A DNA stretch of 64,000 bases from Heterodontus francisci. Taxonomy: Eukaryota. The notes under the pieces are model-generated. The model ran no database searches. It was given only the letters and a program-made list of their open reading frames with translations, and was not told the origin of the DNA. The DNA lies in NCBI RefSeq assembly GCF_036365525.1, contig NW_027140807.1, positions 930,001 to 994,000 on the forward strand. Reading direction: 5' to 3'. A program made the translations under genes and the position numbers. The first letter of the stretch is position 1, and each line of letters begins with the position of its first letter. Shown in pieces: positions 62,398-64,000 of this stretch.

Positions 62398-62478
62398 AGT
62401 TCTTGCACGGGGTGAGCACAGGAATGTAACACGGTGCTATACTGACCTCCCACGATGTTTCAAAGCAGTTCAATAAAA
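62398..62478 (-). other. inverted D segment GGAGGTCAGTATAG (62437-62450) with 5' 12-RSS and 3' 23-RSS
   Basis: On -: ..TTTTATTGA-12-CATCGTG | D | CACCGTG-23-GCAAGAACT. Confidence 0.85.
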
Positions 62479-63527
62479 CCTCTCCCCCCTCTCTCTCTCA
62501 TTTTTCTGTCCCTTTATCTCTCACTTCAAATTTCCCTTTTCATCACGTGTCCTTCCCTTTTCCGAGTTATTATCCCATTGGAAGTCTCCTGTTTCCATCA
62601 ACACTGCTCTCCTCCATATTTTAATCTTCTTCTCCCTGTATCAGTCTCTCGACAAGTCTTTCTCTCTCTGTGACTCCATTCCTGTCTCTGTCTGTCTTTT
62701 TCTCTCTCTCTCCATCTCTCCCCGTCCCTCTGAAACCCTTTTCTGTTTCTGTCTCCCTCTTTCTCTGTCTCTCCCTCTCTCTCTCTCTCTTTGCATCTCT
62801 GTCTCCCTCTCTCTCTGTCTCTCTGTCTCTCTCTATCTCTATCCCTTTCTCTCTATCTATCTATCTTCCTCTCTCTTTGTCTCTCTTTCTGTCTCCCTCT
62901 CTGTCTGTGTCTCTCAATCTCTTTGTCTTGATCTCTGTTTTGCTTCTTCCATTTATTCTTTTTCTCCCTTTCTCTCTCTCTATCTTTGCCTGTCTCTGAT
63001 GTTCTTCCTTTTCTCTCTCAGCATCACATCTCTCACTGTCTCTCGTTCTCTGCCTCTCTTTGTCTCTTTCTGTCTCTCCCAGTCTCTCCATCTCTGTCTC
63101 GCTATTTCACTCTGTCTCTCTTTCTGTGTCTAAAACTATCACACTACATCTCTGTCTATCTGTCCCTGACTGTCTGTCTGTCTGTCTTTCCCTCTGTCTC
63201 TCTATTTACCTGTCTCTCTCTCTCTCCATCTCTCTGTCTGCCTCTCTCTCTCTCTCTGTCCCTGTCTCTCCCTCTGCTTCTTTGTCTTGTTCTCTGTTTA
63301 CCTTTACTCTTTCTCACCCTTTCTCTCTCTCTCTATCTTTGCCTGTCTCTGACGTTCTTCTTTCTTCTCTCTGCCTCTCACTCTCTCACTGTCTCTGTCT
63401 GCCTCGCTCTGTGTTTCATTCTTTCTCTCTGTCTCTCCAACTGTCGCACGACCTCAACTGTTTCTCTTTCTGTGCCTGACACAATCTCACTCTATCTCTG
63501 TCTACTGTCTCTCTCTGTCTATCTGTA

Positions 63528-63558
<31 letters not shown>

Positions 63559-64000
63559 CTCTCTCTCTCTACCTCTCTTTCTGTTTCTCTGTCTGCCCCC
63601 TCTCTCTCTTTCTTTTCTCTCTCTTCGCTCCTGTCTCTCTCAGTCTCTTTGTCTTGTTCTCGGTTTCCCTTCCTTCCTTTACTCTTTCTCTCCTTTCTCT
63701 CTCTCTATCTTTGCCTGTCTCTGACATTCTAACTTCTCTCTGCCTCTCACTCTCTCACTGTCTCTGTCTGCCTCTCTCTCTGTTTCTCTCTTTGTCTCTA
63801 TCTCTCCATCTGTCTCACTACCTCATCTGTCTCTCTTTCTGTGCCTAACACTATTTCACTCGGTCTCTGTCGACTGCCTCTCTCTGTCTCTCCCTCCCTC
63901 TGTCTCTCTGTTTGTCTCTCTCTCTCTTCCTTTCACTCTCGCTCTGTCCCTCTCTCTCTCTGCCTCTTTGTCTTGTTCTCTGTCTTCCTTCCGCCCTTTA

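Overview
This window is eukaryotic DNA: the 3' end of a cartilaginous-fish (shark) T-cell receptor beta (TRB) locus. On the + strand are one intact Vbeta exon with a 23-RSS (269-609), D1 (10441) with 10 J segments, D2 (19688) with 14 J segments plus a relic J, and a single four-exon Cbeta (34052-37193). The D1-J and D2-J blocks are a tandem duplication with a readable junction at about 18930. The main hidden feature, largely invisible in the ORF track, is a second D-J-C cassette on the minus strand, tail-to-tail with the functional Cbeta. It has a D with 12/23 RSS (62437-62450), at least two J segments (62120-62168, 60137-60194) and all four exons of a strongly diverged Cbeta-like gene (52939-53267, 46621-46638, 46338-46447, 45005-45037). 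That C gene carries inactivating lesions. Candidate T-cell enhancer motif clusters lie between the two C genes, and CTCF motifs lie between V and D1. The rest is CR1-type LINE fragments, HE1/V-type SINEs, minisatellites, microsatellites and N gaps. All calls were made by eye, without database searches. J numbering is my own positional numbering.
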